Source: an uncultured Gammaproteobacteria bacterium (lineage in GTDB: Bacteria; Patescibacteriota; Patescibacteriia; CAIXNZ01). Taken from it: 60,915 nucleotides of DNA. The stretch lies in NCBI GenBank assembly GCA_964400885.1, contig CAYNWH010000002.1, forward strand, positions 24,668-85,582, in the 5' to 3' direction. Made by a program: the position numbers and the translations under genes. Every line of letters begins with the position of its first letter. Position 1 is the stretch's first letter. The notes beneath the pieces were generated by a model, which was not told the DNA's origin, did not search any database, and was given only the letters and a program-made list of their open reading frames with translations. Of this stretch, positions 16,567-24,838 are shown piece after piece.

Positions 16567-18324
16567 ATGACAAAACAAAAAGTAGCGGCTAAAGCAGGCG
16601 GTAAAAAGCCCCAGGGAAAAAAAACAAAAATGGCAGCAGCCAAAAAGGCCAAGAGAGAAAAACCGGCCTTGAAGGGCTTAAAAATCCCCAAAGGCAAAAA
16701 AGTCGCCTTGATCTCGGTTTTTAACAAAACCGGGATCGTGGAATTTGCCCAGGCCCTGATCAAAATGGGCTGGGTGATCCTGTCTTCAGGCGGCACAGCC
16801 AAGAAACTGAGCGAAGCCGGCCTCAAAGTCACTGACGTGGCAGAGCTAGTCGGCGGCGGCGCTATCCTGGGCCATCGCGTGGTCACCTTATCGCGTGAAG
16901 TCCATGCCGGGCTTTTGGCGCGAGAAATTCCTGAAGACATCGAGGAAATGGAAAAGCTGGGACTGCCCTACATCCACATGGTGGTCTGCGACTTTTACCC
17001 CATGAAAGACATTATTACCAAGGCTGGCGCGACCATTGAGTCAGTCGTGGAAATGACTGACATTGGCGGGCCCACCATGGTCAGAAGCGCTGCCAAAGGT
17101 GGCCGCATAGTCATCTGCGACGCGGCTGACCGCGACTGGGTCTTGGAAAGAATGAAATCCAGGAAAAAACATGATCTTTCGCCTTTTGACATCCAGCATC
17201 TGCGGGCCAAAACGGAAATCGTGGTCAGCCAGTATTGCCTGGACTCGGCCAAGTTCCATAGCCAAGGACGCTTCACCGGCTTAGCCGGCCAGTTCCTGAA
17301 AAAGTGCAAGTATGGCGAAAATCCGTACATGAACGACGAGGTTACTGGCCTTTTCACCACCGGCAGCAAAGATCGTCTGGCTTTGGAAAACTTCCAGCTG
17401 ATCGAGGGCACGGATCCGTCATTCATCAACTACACAGACATGGATCGGTTGATGCAGAGCATCACCCATATCGCGGCTGGCTTTGACCTCAATTTCAGCC
17501 GCGTGCCCCTGATCGCCTGCGCAGTCAAGCACGGCAACCCGTGCGGCGCAGCCGTTGGCTATGACCCCAAAAAAGTCATTGCCAACATGGCCATGGGTGA
17601 TAACCTGGCGCTTTTCGGCGGCCTGGTCATGACCAACTTCCCCTTGACCGAGGAGCTGGTGGAACTGCTGATGACCATTAACCAGCCCCAAGGAAAAAGG
17701 CTGCTGCTTGATGGAGTCATGGCTCCGCATGTCACAGACGAAGCCATTGCCCTGCTCAAGCGCAAAACTGACAAGTGCCGCATCCTGGTCAACAAGCATC
17801 TGATGAACATCAACAAATCCAGCCTGGACACCAATGAGCGTATCAGGCCAGTGCGCGGCGGTTTCCTGCGCCAGCCCAATTACACCTATGTTCTGGATCT
17901 GTCCGATCCGCGGTTGGTCATCACCATGCCCAAGAACCATGACGGCCTGACCGAGCTCGACTACGAGGACATTACCCTGGCCTGGGGAGTGGGAGCTACT
18001 TCCAACAGCAACACGACCTGCCTGACTCGGGAAGGCCAACTGCTCGGTGACGGTGTGGGCCAGCAAAGTCGGGTTGCCAGCTGCCAAGTGGCAGTTTTCC
18101 GCACCAAAGCAGCTGGCCATCAGACAGGAGCATCTGTGGCCTACACAGACTCGTTCTGTCCGCAGCCTGACGCACCAGAAGTCCTGGCCAACGCAGGAGT
18201 CAGCATCCTGTTCGCCAGCTCTGGCTCAGTCAACGACAAAATCGTCCAGAAGACCTGCCAAAAACGCGGGCTCATCCTGATCCAGTTGCCAGACAAAGTC
18301 TGCCGTGGCTTTTTCGGCCACTAA
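16567..18324 (+). CDS. purH: Bifunctional AICAR transformylase / IMP cyclohydrolase with Lys-rich N-terminal extension
   Basis: 585 aa; MGS-like domain (ALISVFNKTGIVEFA, SSGGTAKKL), AICARFT domain (KHGNPCGAA); ~45-aa K-rich leader sequence; strong AAGGAGG SD. Confidence 0.9.
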   Translation: MTKQKVAAKAGGKKPQGKKTKMAAAKKAKREKPALKGLKIPKGKKVALISVFNKTGIVEFAQALIKMGWVILSSGGTAKKLSEAGLKVTDVAELVGGGAILGHRVVTLSREVHAGLLAREIPEDIEEMEKLGLPYIHMVVCDFYPMKDIITKAGATIESVVEMTDIGGPTMVRSAAKGGRIVICDAADRDWVLERMKSRKKHDLSPFDIQHLRAKTEIVVSQYCLDSAKFHSQGRFTGLAGQFLKKCKYGENPYMNDEVTGLFTTGSKDRLALENFQLIEGTDPSFINYTDMDRLMQSITHIAAGFDLNFSRVPLIACAVKHGNPCGAAVGYDPKKVIANMAMGDNLALFGGLVMTNFPLTEELVELLMTINQPQGKRLLLDGVMAPHVTDEAIALLKRKTDKCRILVNKHLMNINKSSLDTNERIRPVRGGFLRQPNYTYVLDLSDPRLVITMPKNHDGLTELDYEDITLAWGVGATSNSNTTCLTREGQLLGDGVGQQSRVASCQVAVFRTKAAGHQTGASVAYTDSFCPQPDAPEVLANAGVSILFASSGSVNDKIVQKTCQKRGLILIQLPDKVCRGFFGH

Positions 18325-18340
18325 TTCCTTTCACCAACTA

Positions 18341-18371
18341 AAAAAGGGATGCGTTTTCACGCATCCCTTTT
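18341..18371. terminator. Bidirectional terminator between convergent purH and purB
   Basis: AAAAA-gggatgcg-ttttca-cgcatccc-TTTT. Confidence 0.8.
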
Positions 18372-18393
18372 ACTATTGTTATGTTTTTGACCG

Positions 18394-19755
18394 TTATTGG
18401 AAACGGGCAAAAATAGTATTAATGTGCTTCAGATCCTCTTGCGGATCAAAGCATGTTTCCAGTTCCCTTCTACTCAGAATCTTGACGATTTTCTGATTCT
18501 TAAAAACTCGCTCTTGGAAAGTCGGACCGTCCGGATTGTCAAAGACTTCCCAGCAGAGATTCTGAATAAAGGTGTGAGCCGCTTCCCTGCCCATGCCTTT
18601 GCGCGTCAGGGCCAGCATGACTTTCTGGGAGAAAATCAAACCGCCAGTCAATTCCAAGTTGCGCTTCATGTTGCGCGGATTGACCTGCAATTTTTTGATG
18701 ATGCCGGCCATCCTGGCCAAGCTATAGTCGACCAATGCTGAAGAGTCAGGCAAAATGACGCGCTCAGCCGCGGAATTGGCAATATCCCGCTCATGCCAGG
18801 TGACCATGTTTTCCAGTGCTGTGACCACATAGCCCCGTAAAGTCCGGGAATTACTGCAAACGTTTTCCGGTCCAATGGGGTTGCGTTTGTGTGGCATGGC
18901 TGAACTGCCTTTTTGGCCGCGTACGAATTCTTCCTGCACCTCGGCGATCTCAGTACGTTGAAGGTTGCGTAGCTCAGTCCCCAACCTGTCCAATGTACCG
19001 CCGATCATAGCCATGAGCGTGACATACTCGGCATGCAGATCCCGGGGCAGAATCTGAGTGGAAATACGCGCCGGTTTAATGCACAGCAAGTTGCAGACCC
19101 GCTCTTCAATCCGGGGATCAATATTGGCATAAGTGCCGACTGCCCCGGAAATCTTTCCCACGCAGATCCGCTCCAGCATCTGAAAAAGCCGCTCTTTATG
19201 GCGCTCGAATTCGTCGACATAGACCAGCAGCTTGAACCCGAAAGTAATGGGCTCGGCCTGAACCCCGTGAGTCCGGCCGATTTGAACTTGATCCTTGTAC
19301 AACTTGGCTTTAGTCCTGATCTCAGCGATCAAGCGTTCCAAGTCTGCCCTGATCAGTCCAGCTGACGCTGCCAGAATGACGGACAAAGCCGTATCCTGCA
19401 CGTCATAAGAAGTAACACCCTGGTGAAATAAAGGCAGCAGCGCAGTCAGTTCCAGCTTTTTCAGCTGAAGAGTTACATGCTTAACAAAGGCCATAACATC
19501 ATGACGATTGCCCTTTTCCTTGACTGTGCCGTCCTTGTTCTTGGCACCGTTTTCAATGCGGTTAATAATATGCGGCTTGATAACCACCTTTTCACGGGCG
19601 ATTTCAATTTCTCGCCGCACCTGCTTTGCATTATTGACCAAGCCTAAATTGCACTTGGCCAAAATTATAGCTAACTCGACTTCCAGCCAAGTTTTGAACT
19701 TGTGCTGGTCGCTCCAGCAACTACCCATTTTCTTAGGCGTATACCTGGGTATCAT
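18394..19755 (-). CDS. purB: Adenylosuccinate lyase
   Basis: 453 aa; MIPRYTPKKM start, GSSAMPHKRNP signature, fumarate-lyase fold length; GC-rich; AAGGAGG SD. Confidence 0.9.
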   Translation of the reverse strand: MIPRYTPKKMGSCWSDQHKFKTWLEVELAIILAKCNLGLVNNAKQVRREIEIAREKVVIKPHIINRIENGAKNKDGTVKEKGNRHDVMAFVKHVTLQLKKLELTALLPLFHQGVTSYDVQDTALSVILAASAGLIRADLERLIAEIRTKAKLYKDQVQIGRTHGVQAEPITFGFKLLVYVDEFERHKERLFQMLERICVGKISGAVGTYANIDPRIEERVCNLLCIKPARISTQILPRDLHAEYVTLMAMIGGTLDRLGTELRNLQRTEIAEVQEEFVRGQKGSSAMPHKRNPIGPENVCSNSRTLRGYVVTALENMVTWHERDIANSAAERVILPDSSALVDYSLARMAGIIKKLQVNPRNMKRNLELTGGLIFSQKVMLALTRKGMGREAAHTFIQNLCWEVFDNPDGPTFQERVFKNQKIVKILSRRELETCFDPQEDLKHINTIFARFQ

Positions 19756-19945
19756 TCGTAATCCTCCTTTTCAGTCTTTTTCTGCAACTATTGCAGCAGA
19801 ATTTTTGTTCTGCCGGACTTCTACCCTCAAATCTGGGATCAGGCACTAACTGATCAGTATTTCTACCGCAGCCCGGGATCGGGCATTTCAGCTTTTTTCT
19901 GGTCAGTGTTTTGTTATACCTGCCATTCTTTAATCTTCTTGCCAT
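19733..19945 (-). CDS. Small basic CxxC...CxxC protein (70 aa) overlapping the purB start
   Basis: GGAAGGAGG SD; CPIPGC and CCNSC pairs; ORF runs through the purB SD and overlaps purB by 23 nt. Confidence 0.5.
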   Translation of the reverse strand: MARRLKNGRYNKTLTRKKLKCPIPGCGRNTDQLVPDPRFEGRSPAEQKFCCNSCRKRLKRRITNDTQVYA

Positions 19946-19995
19946 ATTGCCTCCTTCCCCTTTTTTAATAAAGGCTTATCAAAGAACATTGTCTT

Positions 19996-20054
19996 AATTT
20001 AAACAAAAAAACTTAATTTGTCAACAGCGCCGTTCGTGAACGGCGTTGTCAACA
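19996..20054 (-). promoter_or_regulatory. Promoter with hairpin flanked by direct TTGTCAACA repeats
   Basis: minus strand TTGACA (20019-20024)-N17-TAAATT (19996-20001); second TTGACA at 20047-20052; cgccgtt-cgtg-aacggcg hairpin between them. Confidence 0.5.
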
Positions 20055-20353
20055 TTTTTTAAACAAAATATTACTTTTTTAATTTGCAAAAATAAAGTAA
20101 AATGGGTAAGATGAAATAACAATAAATAGTGATTAGTCTATGTTGTATGGAAGCTAGTTAAGTGCTCTATATTTAAATTCCAATTACCAATAATCAATAA
20201 TCAAACAAATACCAATTTCTAAATCTTAAACCCTAAACTGCTTAGGTCATTAGAATTTGAAAATTATAATTTGTTTGAAATTTGTGATTTGTTTTTTGGT
20301 ATTTAATATCTAAGCAGCTTCTATACTCCAGGCACCATATACTTATTAAAAAT

Positions 20354-21802
20354 ATGCCAACTAAAAAGGAAAAAAATCTTTTAGAAAAATTACCGCCGCA
20401 AAGCATTGAAGCTGAACAGTCTTTACTGGGTTCTCTTTTGATTGATAAAGACGCAATTATTAAAATTGCTGACATAGTCGGACCTGAAGATTTTTACGTT
20501 GAGAAACACAGGATAATTTTTGAATCAATTTTATATTTATTTAGCAAAAGAGAGCCAATAGATCTTTTAACATTGGCTAACCGCTTAATTGAAAAAGAAC
20601 AATTAGAAAATATCGGCGGCCGCAGTTATCTAGTTTCTTTAAGCAATCTTGTGCCTACTTCCAGCCATGTGGTCAATTATGCAGAAATTGTCCAAAAAAA
20701 AGCTACTTTGCGCAATTTGATAAAATCAGCTTCGGAAATAACTAAAATGGGCTATGATGAAGAAGAAGATGTCAGCAATATTTTGGACAAAGCTGAACAA
20801 AAATTATTTTCAGTTTCCCAGGGCCATCAAAAACAAATGTTTGTGCCTATTACCAGTATCTTGAATGAGACATTTGAAAGAATTGATGCTATTCATAAAG
20901 AAAAAGGCAAATTAAGAGGCGTGCCTACTGGTTTTACTGATCTGGATAATTTATTAGCCGGTTTGCAAAAATCAGACTTGACTATTCTAGCTGCCAGACC
21001 TTCTGTTGGTAAGACTACTTTGGCTTTAGATATTGCCCGCACCGTAGCCACTAAACATAAAGTACCTGTTGGCATTTTCAGTTTAGAAATGTCTAAAGAA
21101 CAGCTAGTTGACCGCTTGCTTTGCGCTGAAGCTAATGTTGATTTATGGAAAATGAGAACCGGCAGATTATCTGACCGGGAAGAAGATGATGATTTTCCTC
21201 GAATCGGCCATGCTTTAGGCGTTTTAGCTGAATCACCGATTTTTATTGATGATTATGCTTCAGCAAATATTATGGAAATCAGAACCAAAGCCAGAAGACT
21301 GCAAATGGAACATGATCTAGGTTTAATTGTGGTTGATTACCTGCAATTAATGGAAGGCAGGACCAGAACAGATAATCGCGTTCAGGAAATTTCAGAAATT
21401 TCCCGCGGTTTAAAACAAATTGCTAAAGAATTAAATGTGCCAGTTCTGGCGCTCTCTCAGCTAAACAGAAGTGTAGAATCACGCACGCCGCCTATACCTA
21501 AATTATCTGACTTACGCGAATCAGGTTCTATTGAACAAGATGCTGATATTGTTATGTTTATTTACCGTGAAGCAGTATATAAAAGAGACTTAGAATTTGA
21601 CCGCCGCCATTTAGCGGAGATTCATATTGCCAAACACAGAAACGGCCCGACTGGCATGGTAAAATTATTTTTTGACGAACAAAAAGTAACTTTTAGAAAT
21701 TTGGATAAAGAATTCAAATCTTCAGCGCCCAGTGAACTGCCTGAAGTTTCTGATGATGAAGGCTTGCAAAGTTCTGAGATGCAATTGCCAAAATTTGGCT
21801 AA
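20354..21802 (+). CDS. dnaB: Replicative DNA helicase
   Basis: 482 aa; PPQSIEAEQSLLGSLL N-terminus, ARPSVGKTTLAL Walker A, VVDYLQLM, RESGSIEQDAD. Confidence 0.95.
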   Translation: MPTKKEKNLLEKLPPQSIEAEQSLLGSLLIDKDAIIKIADIVGPEDFYVEKHRIIFESILYLFSKREPIDLLTLANRLIEKEQLENIGGRSYLVSLSNLVPTSSHVVNYAEIVQKKATLRNLIKSASEITKMGYDEEEDVSNILDKAEQKLFSVSQGHQKQMFVPITSILNETFERIDAIHKEKGKLRGVPTGFTDLDNLLAGLQKSDLTILAARPSVGKTTLALDIARTVATKHKVPVGIFSLEMSKEQLVDRLLCAEANVDLWKMRTGRLSDREEDDDFPRIGHALGVLAESPIFIDDYASANIMEIRTKARRLQMEHDLGLIVVDYLQLMEGRTRTDNRVQEISEISRGLKQIAKELNVPVLALSQLNRSVESRTPPIPKLSDLRESGSIEQDADIVMFIYREAVYKRDLEFDRRHLAEIHIAKHRNGPTGMVKLFFDEQKVTFRNLDKEFKSSAPSELPEVSDDEGLQSSEMQLPKFG

Positions 21803-21907
21803 AGATACAAATATACTAATTTTATACAAATCTACAAATCGTAAAGATATAAGAACATATGGCCTTTTTTAAATTTTATTATTCTAAACATATTCTGCCC
21901 ACCCTAG

Positions 21908-21993
21908 GGTTTGGGGTGGCGACTAAGCGCCAAAAACAATAACACGAAATATATTATTTGCACTAGCGCATTGAGCCACCCCAAAACTTTTTT
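21908..21993 (+). repeat. Long hairpin plus T-run downstream of dnaB
   Basis: ggtttggggtggcgactaagcgc ... gcgcattgagccaccccaaaac followed by TTTTTT. Confidence 0.5.
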
Positions 21994-22034
21994 GGTTCTT
22001 TTTTAGTTATAAAAAAGAACGATAGATTAATATT

Positions 22035-22071
22035 AAAAAACCCAGCGCCATTATGGTGCTGGGCTGTTTTT
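22035..22071. terminator. Bidirectional terminator
   Basis: AAAAAA-cccagcgcc-attat-ggtgctggg-ctgTTTTT. Confidence 0.65.
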
Positions 22072-22185
22072 AGCCTTGTCCCCTAATAATTCAGGGTGAT
22101 TTTTAATAATATAATTTGCCACAAGGACTAAACCTGTAAACAGGCATACACCTACTACTGCCAAGACAGCAATCAAAGTATCCAT
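22051..22185 (-). CDS. Possible 44-aa single-pass membrane peptide
   Basis: TAAGGAGG SD 5 nt from ATG; MDTLIAVLAVVGVCLFTGLVLVANYIIKNHPELL...; stop lies inside the terminator stem; below the ORF-track cutoff. Confidence 0.4.
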   Translation of the reverse strand: MDTLIAVLAVVGVCLFTGLVLVANYIIKNHPELLGDKAKNSPAP

Positions 22186-22334
22186 GTTTCGCCTCCTTAT
22201 TAAATTTAATTATAGCTTATTTAAAATCCTATCTGCTGTCAAATGCTAAATTCTTGTGTTTATCATAAATTTCCGTTAAAATAATCAATATCCTATCACT
22301 AATCACCAATCACCAATTACTAATTACTAAAACT

Positions 22335-22628
22335 ATGTTCAACAAATTAAAACAATTTAAAGATTTGCGTAGTCAAGCCAAACAAATCAAAGACGTACTG
22401 GGCCAGGAAACTACCCAAGGAGAAGCTGACTGGGGCAAAGTTAAAGTTAAAATTAATGGCAACCAGGAAATTTTAAATATAGAAATTGATCCTGAATTAT
22501 TATCTCCAGATAAAAAAGAAAAGCTAGAATCTGCCATTAAAGAGGCAACTAATGACGCCATTAAAAAAGTCCAGCGTATTATGGCTGAGAAAATGCGTGA
22601 ATCTGGATTCTCCTTACCAGGCATGTAG
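22335..22628 (+). CDS. ybaB: YbaB/EbfC nucleoid-associated protein
   Basis: 97 aa; typical length and KVKINGNQEILNIEIDPELL core; adjacent to recR as in many bacteria. Confidence 0.85.
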   Translation: MFNKLKQFKDLRSQAKQIKDVLGQETTQGEADWGKVKVKINGNQEILNIEIDPELLSPDKKEKLESAIKEATNDAIKKVQRIMAEKMRESGFSLPGM

Positions 22629-22745
22629 AATGAAAATTTTAAAATTATAAATTATAAATTTTAAACCAATTTTAAATTTTTTAATTATAAATTTAAATAT
22701 TTAGGCTTCAATTAAAATTTCAAATTAAAAATTTAGCCTATAAGA

Positions 22746-23348
22746 ATGATAAAGTTCCCTCAATCAATCCAAAACCTCATAGACCAATTCACCAAACTAC
22801 CGGGCATTGGCCCTAAAACAGCTGAGCGTTTAGCTTATGCTTTTTTAAAATGGTCAAAAGAAAACAAAGAAGAGTTTGCCAAGGCTTTTTCTGAAATCAA
22901 TGGCTCAATTACCCACTGTGAGATTTGCCATAATATTTCTGAAAAAAGCCCTTGTTTTATTTGCGCTGACAAAACTCGCGACAGATCAAAAATTTGCATC
23001 ATAGCTGAACCCCATGATTTGGCTGCCATTGAAAGTACTGGCGAATTCAAAGGCCTTTATCATGTTTTAGGCGGTGTTTTAGATCCTTTGCATGGCATTA
23101 CGCCTAATTTATTAAAAACAGACGAACTGGTTGCCAAAATCCAGAAGGATAAAATCTCAGAAATAATTTTGGCTTTTAACCCTGACATGGAAGGCGAAGC
23201 TACCATGATTTATTTAAAAAACTTGCTCCAGCCATTTAAAAAAATTACTATCACCCGTTTAGCCCGCGGCATGCCAGTGGGCTCTGATTTGGAATATACA
23301 GATGAAATCACCCTTTCCAATGCCTTTAAAAACAGACTAGAAATATAA
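22746..23348 (+). CDS. recR: Recombination protein RecR
   Basis: 200 aa; LPGIGPKTAERLA HhH, CxxC...CxxC zinc finger, Toprim region. Confidence 0.95.
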   Translation: MIKFPQSIQNLIDQFTKLPGIGPKTAERLAYAFLKWSKENKEEFAKAFSEINGSITHCEICHNISEKSPCFICADKTRDRSKICIIAEPHDLAAIESTGEFKGLYHVLGGVLDPLHGITPNLLKTDELVAKIQKDKISEIILAFNPDMEGEATMIYLKNLLQPFKKITITRLARGMPVGSDLEYTDEITLSNAFKNRLEI

Positions 23349-23387
23349 AGCCCCGAACCATTATGGTCCGGGGCAACTTGTCCTTGC

Positions 23388-23669
23388 CTATTTTTGCGCT
23401 GGAATAAATTCCTTTAAATCCAGGGTTTCAATGTCCATATTAAATCGGGCTAGAACCTTTTTCAGCGTTTCGTGATGCTCGGGTTTAGAACTGCTTATTC
23501 TGAAATACGGCTGCTGCTTACCTTGCGCATCAATGCAGAAATCATCACACAAGGTAATGACAGCAATGTCTTTGAGTTCTGGCGCCTCCTCGCCGATAGC
23601 CTCAAAAACCCGTTTTGCCAGGACAGAAGAATCAGTCCTGCTTAGGCCGTGCACCTCTACATTCGGCAT
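23388..23669 (-). CDS. Hypothetical 93-aa protein, possibly tautomerase-like (Pro after Met)
   Basis: AAAGGAGG SD is placed for the internal ATG (MPNVEVHGLSRTDSSVLAKRVFEAI...), not the longer track ORF; the pattern resembles 4-OT family N-termini only loosely. Confidence 0.5.
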   Translation of the reverse strand: MPNVEVHGLSRTDSSVLAKRVFEAIGEEAPELKDIAVITLCDDFCIDAQGKQQPYFRISSSKPEHHETLKKVLARFNMDIETLDLKEFIPAQK

Positions 23670-23785
23670 GCATTTCCTCCTTTTTGGGTTGGCAGACATT
23701 TAAACTTAGCAAAGAAAATAAATTTTGTCAAGAATATAAAAAATCAGCCTGTAACTGATTTAATCTTTTAGGCTGATTTTTTTAT

Positions 23786-24103
23786 CTAAGCTATTTTTTC
23801 AATTTTGACTAAAGTCTTATGCTGGCGATGGCCCAATTTCCTTCTATATCTGACTTTGGCCTTATATTTTATAACTGTAACTTTTTTATCTTTGTAATGC
23901 TTTTCTACCAGTCCGGTTACTTTAGCGCCTTTAACTAAAGGATCACCGATCTGAATATCAGTTCCTTTTTCATCAGCCACTAATAAAACTTCTTTAAAAT
24001 CAAAGGTCTTGCCTTCTTTACCATCAATTGTTTCAATTTGAATTTTATCGCCTTCGGCAACTTTATATTGTTTACCGCCTGTTTTAATAACTGCGATTTT
24101 CAT
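23786..24103 (-). CDS. rplU: 50S ribosomal protein L21
   Basis: 105 aa; MKIAVIKTGGKQYKV start; TTGACA-N17-TAAGAT promoter upstream. Confidence 0.95.
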   Translation of the reverse strand: MKIAVIKTGGKQYKVAEGDKIQIETIDGKEGKTFDFKEVLLVADEKGTDIQIGDPLVKGAKVTGLVEKHYKDKKVTVIKYKAKVRYRRKLGHRQHKTLVKIEKIA

Positions 24104-24208
24104 TACTTTAGAATTAAGTATTAAGAATTAAGTTTAAAATTAAAAAAGATTAGTACCGAGCTAAATCTTGATTAATATCTTAACTTATTTTTAAAAATCT
24201 GTCAAATG

Positions 24209-24235
24209 AAAAAGCCGCTTGGAGAACCAAGCGGC
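24209..24235 (-). terminator. Intrinsic terminator after the 144-aa gene
   Basis: minus strand gccgcttgg-ttct-ccaagcggc + TTTTT. Confidence 0.75.
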
Positions 24236-24245
24236 TATCACTGAT

Positions 24246-24680
24246 TTAGCCAGTGGGCTGGTTAAAATATTTTTTTCCTTTGGGCGGAGAAAAGATAGAG
24301 ATGAAACTGCTTTTAAGCGACCTTTCCCCGGGATGAACATGTCTAACAAAAATAATTTTCTCTACAGCCTCAAAATGTTCATTGATCTGAGCCATAATAA
24401 TCTGCTCAAGCGTTAATTCACTTAAAAAAGTGCGGAAGCTATAAGCTGGCAGATCAATCAATCTGATTTCATGAATGGATACATCACTTCCATAAATATG
24501 AACGACTTTTAAGTAAATCCCATCCACTTTTTTATAATCTATTTTGGTTTGCAGGAAATCTTCTTCAGCTTGAAAGAACCTTATGGCTGTAGAGTCTTTA
24601 TCCCAATGAGCATTGATTGCCCAAAGCCAGGGACACTTTCGCCAGAGATTTTTTAACTCTACAAACTTGTTTTTGACCAT
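24246..24680 (-). CDS. Hypothetical protein (144 aa)
   Basis: GGGAGGG SD; own TTGACA-N17-TAAGAT promoter at ~24760-24788; no recognised domain. Confidence 0.6.
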   Translation of the reverse strand: MVKNKFVELKNLWRKCPWLWAINAHWDKDSTAIRFFQAEEDFLQTKIDYKKVDGIYLKVVHIYGSDVSIHEIRLIDLPAYSFRTFLSELTLEQIIMAQINEHFEAVEKIIFVRHVHPGERSLKSSFISIFSPPKGKKYFNQPTG

Positions 24681-24790
24681 CTTTAATCCCTCCCATTTAA
24701 CACTTATAAAAAAGAACCTATTTCTCTGCCCGAGCAGGAAATCCTATGTATTGTTTAAAATCTTAAGTTAACAGCTATTTTTTGTCAAAT

Positions 24791-24817
24791 AAAAAGCCCC
24801 GAACATGATACCGGGGC
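24791..24817 (-). terminator. Intrinsic terminator after the 200-aa membrane gene
   Basis: minus strand gccccg-gtatcatgtt-cggggc + TTTTT. Confidence 0.7.
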
Positions 24818-24838
24818 AACTTTAAGATTGTTTTATTG

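Noticed and set aside
16995-18120. Long antisense or alternate-frame ORFs inside purH (for example 17419-18120, 233 aa; 16995-17429; 17559-17879), and similar ones inside purC, purB and purA
   Set aside because: They lie within GC-rich genes that have clear family motifs on the other strand or frame. Long stop-free stretches are expected in GC-rich DNA. None has an SD or start context, and their compositions are Arg/Ala/Gly-skewed in the way non-coding frames usually are.
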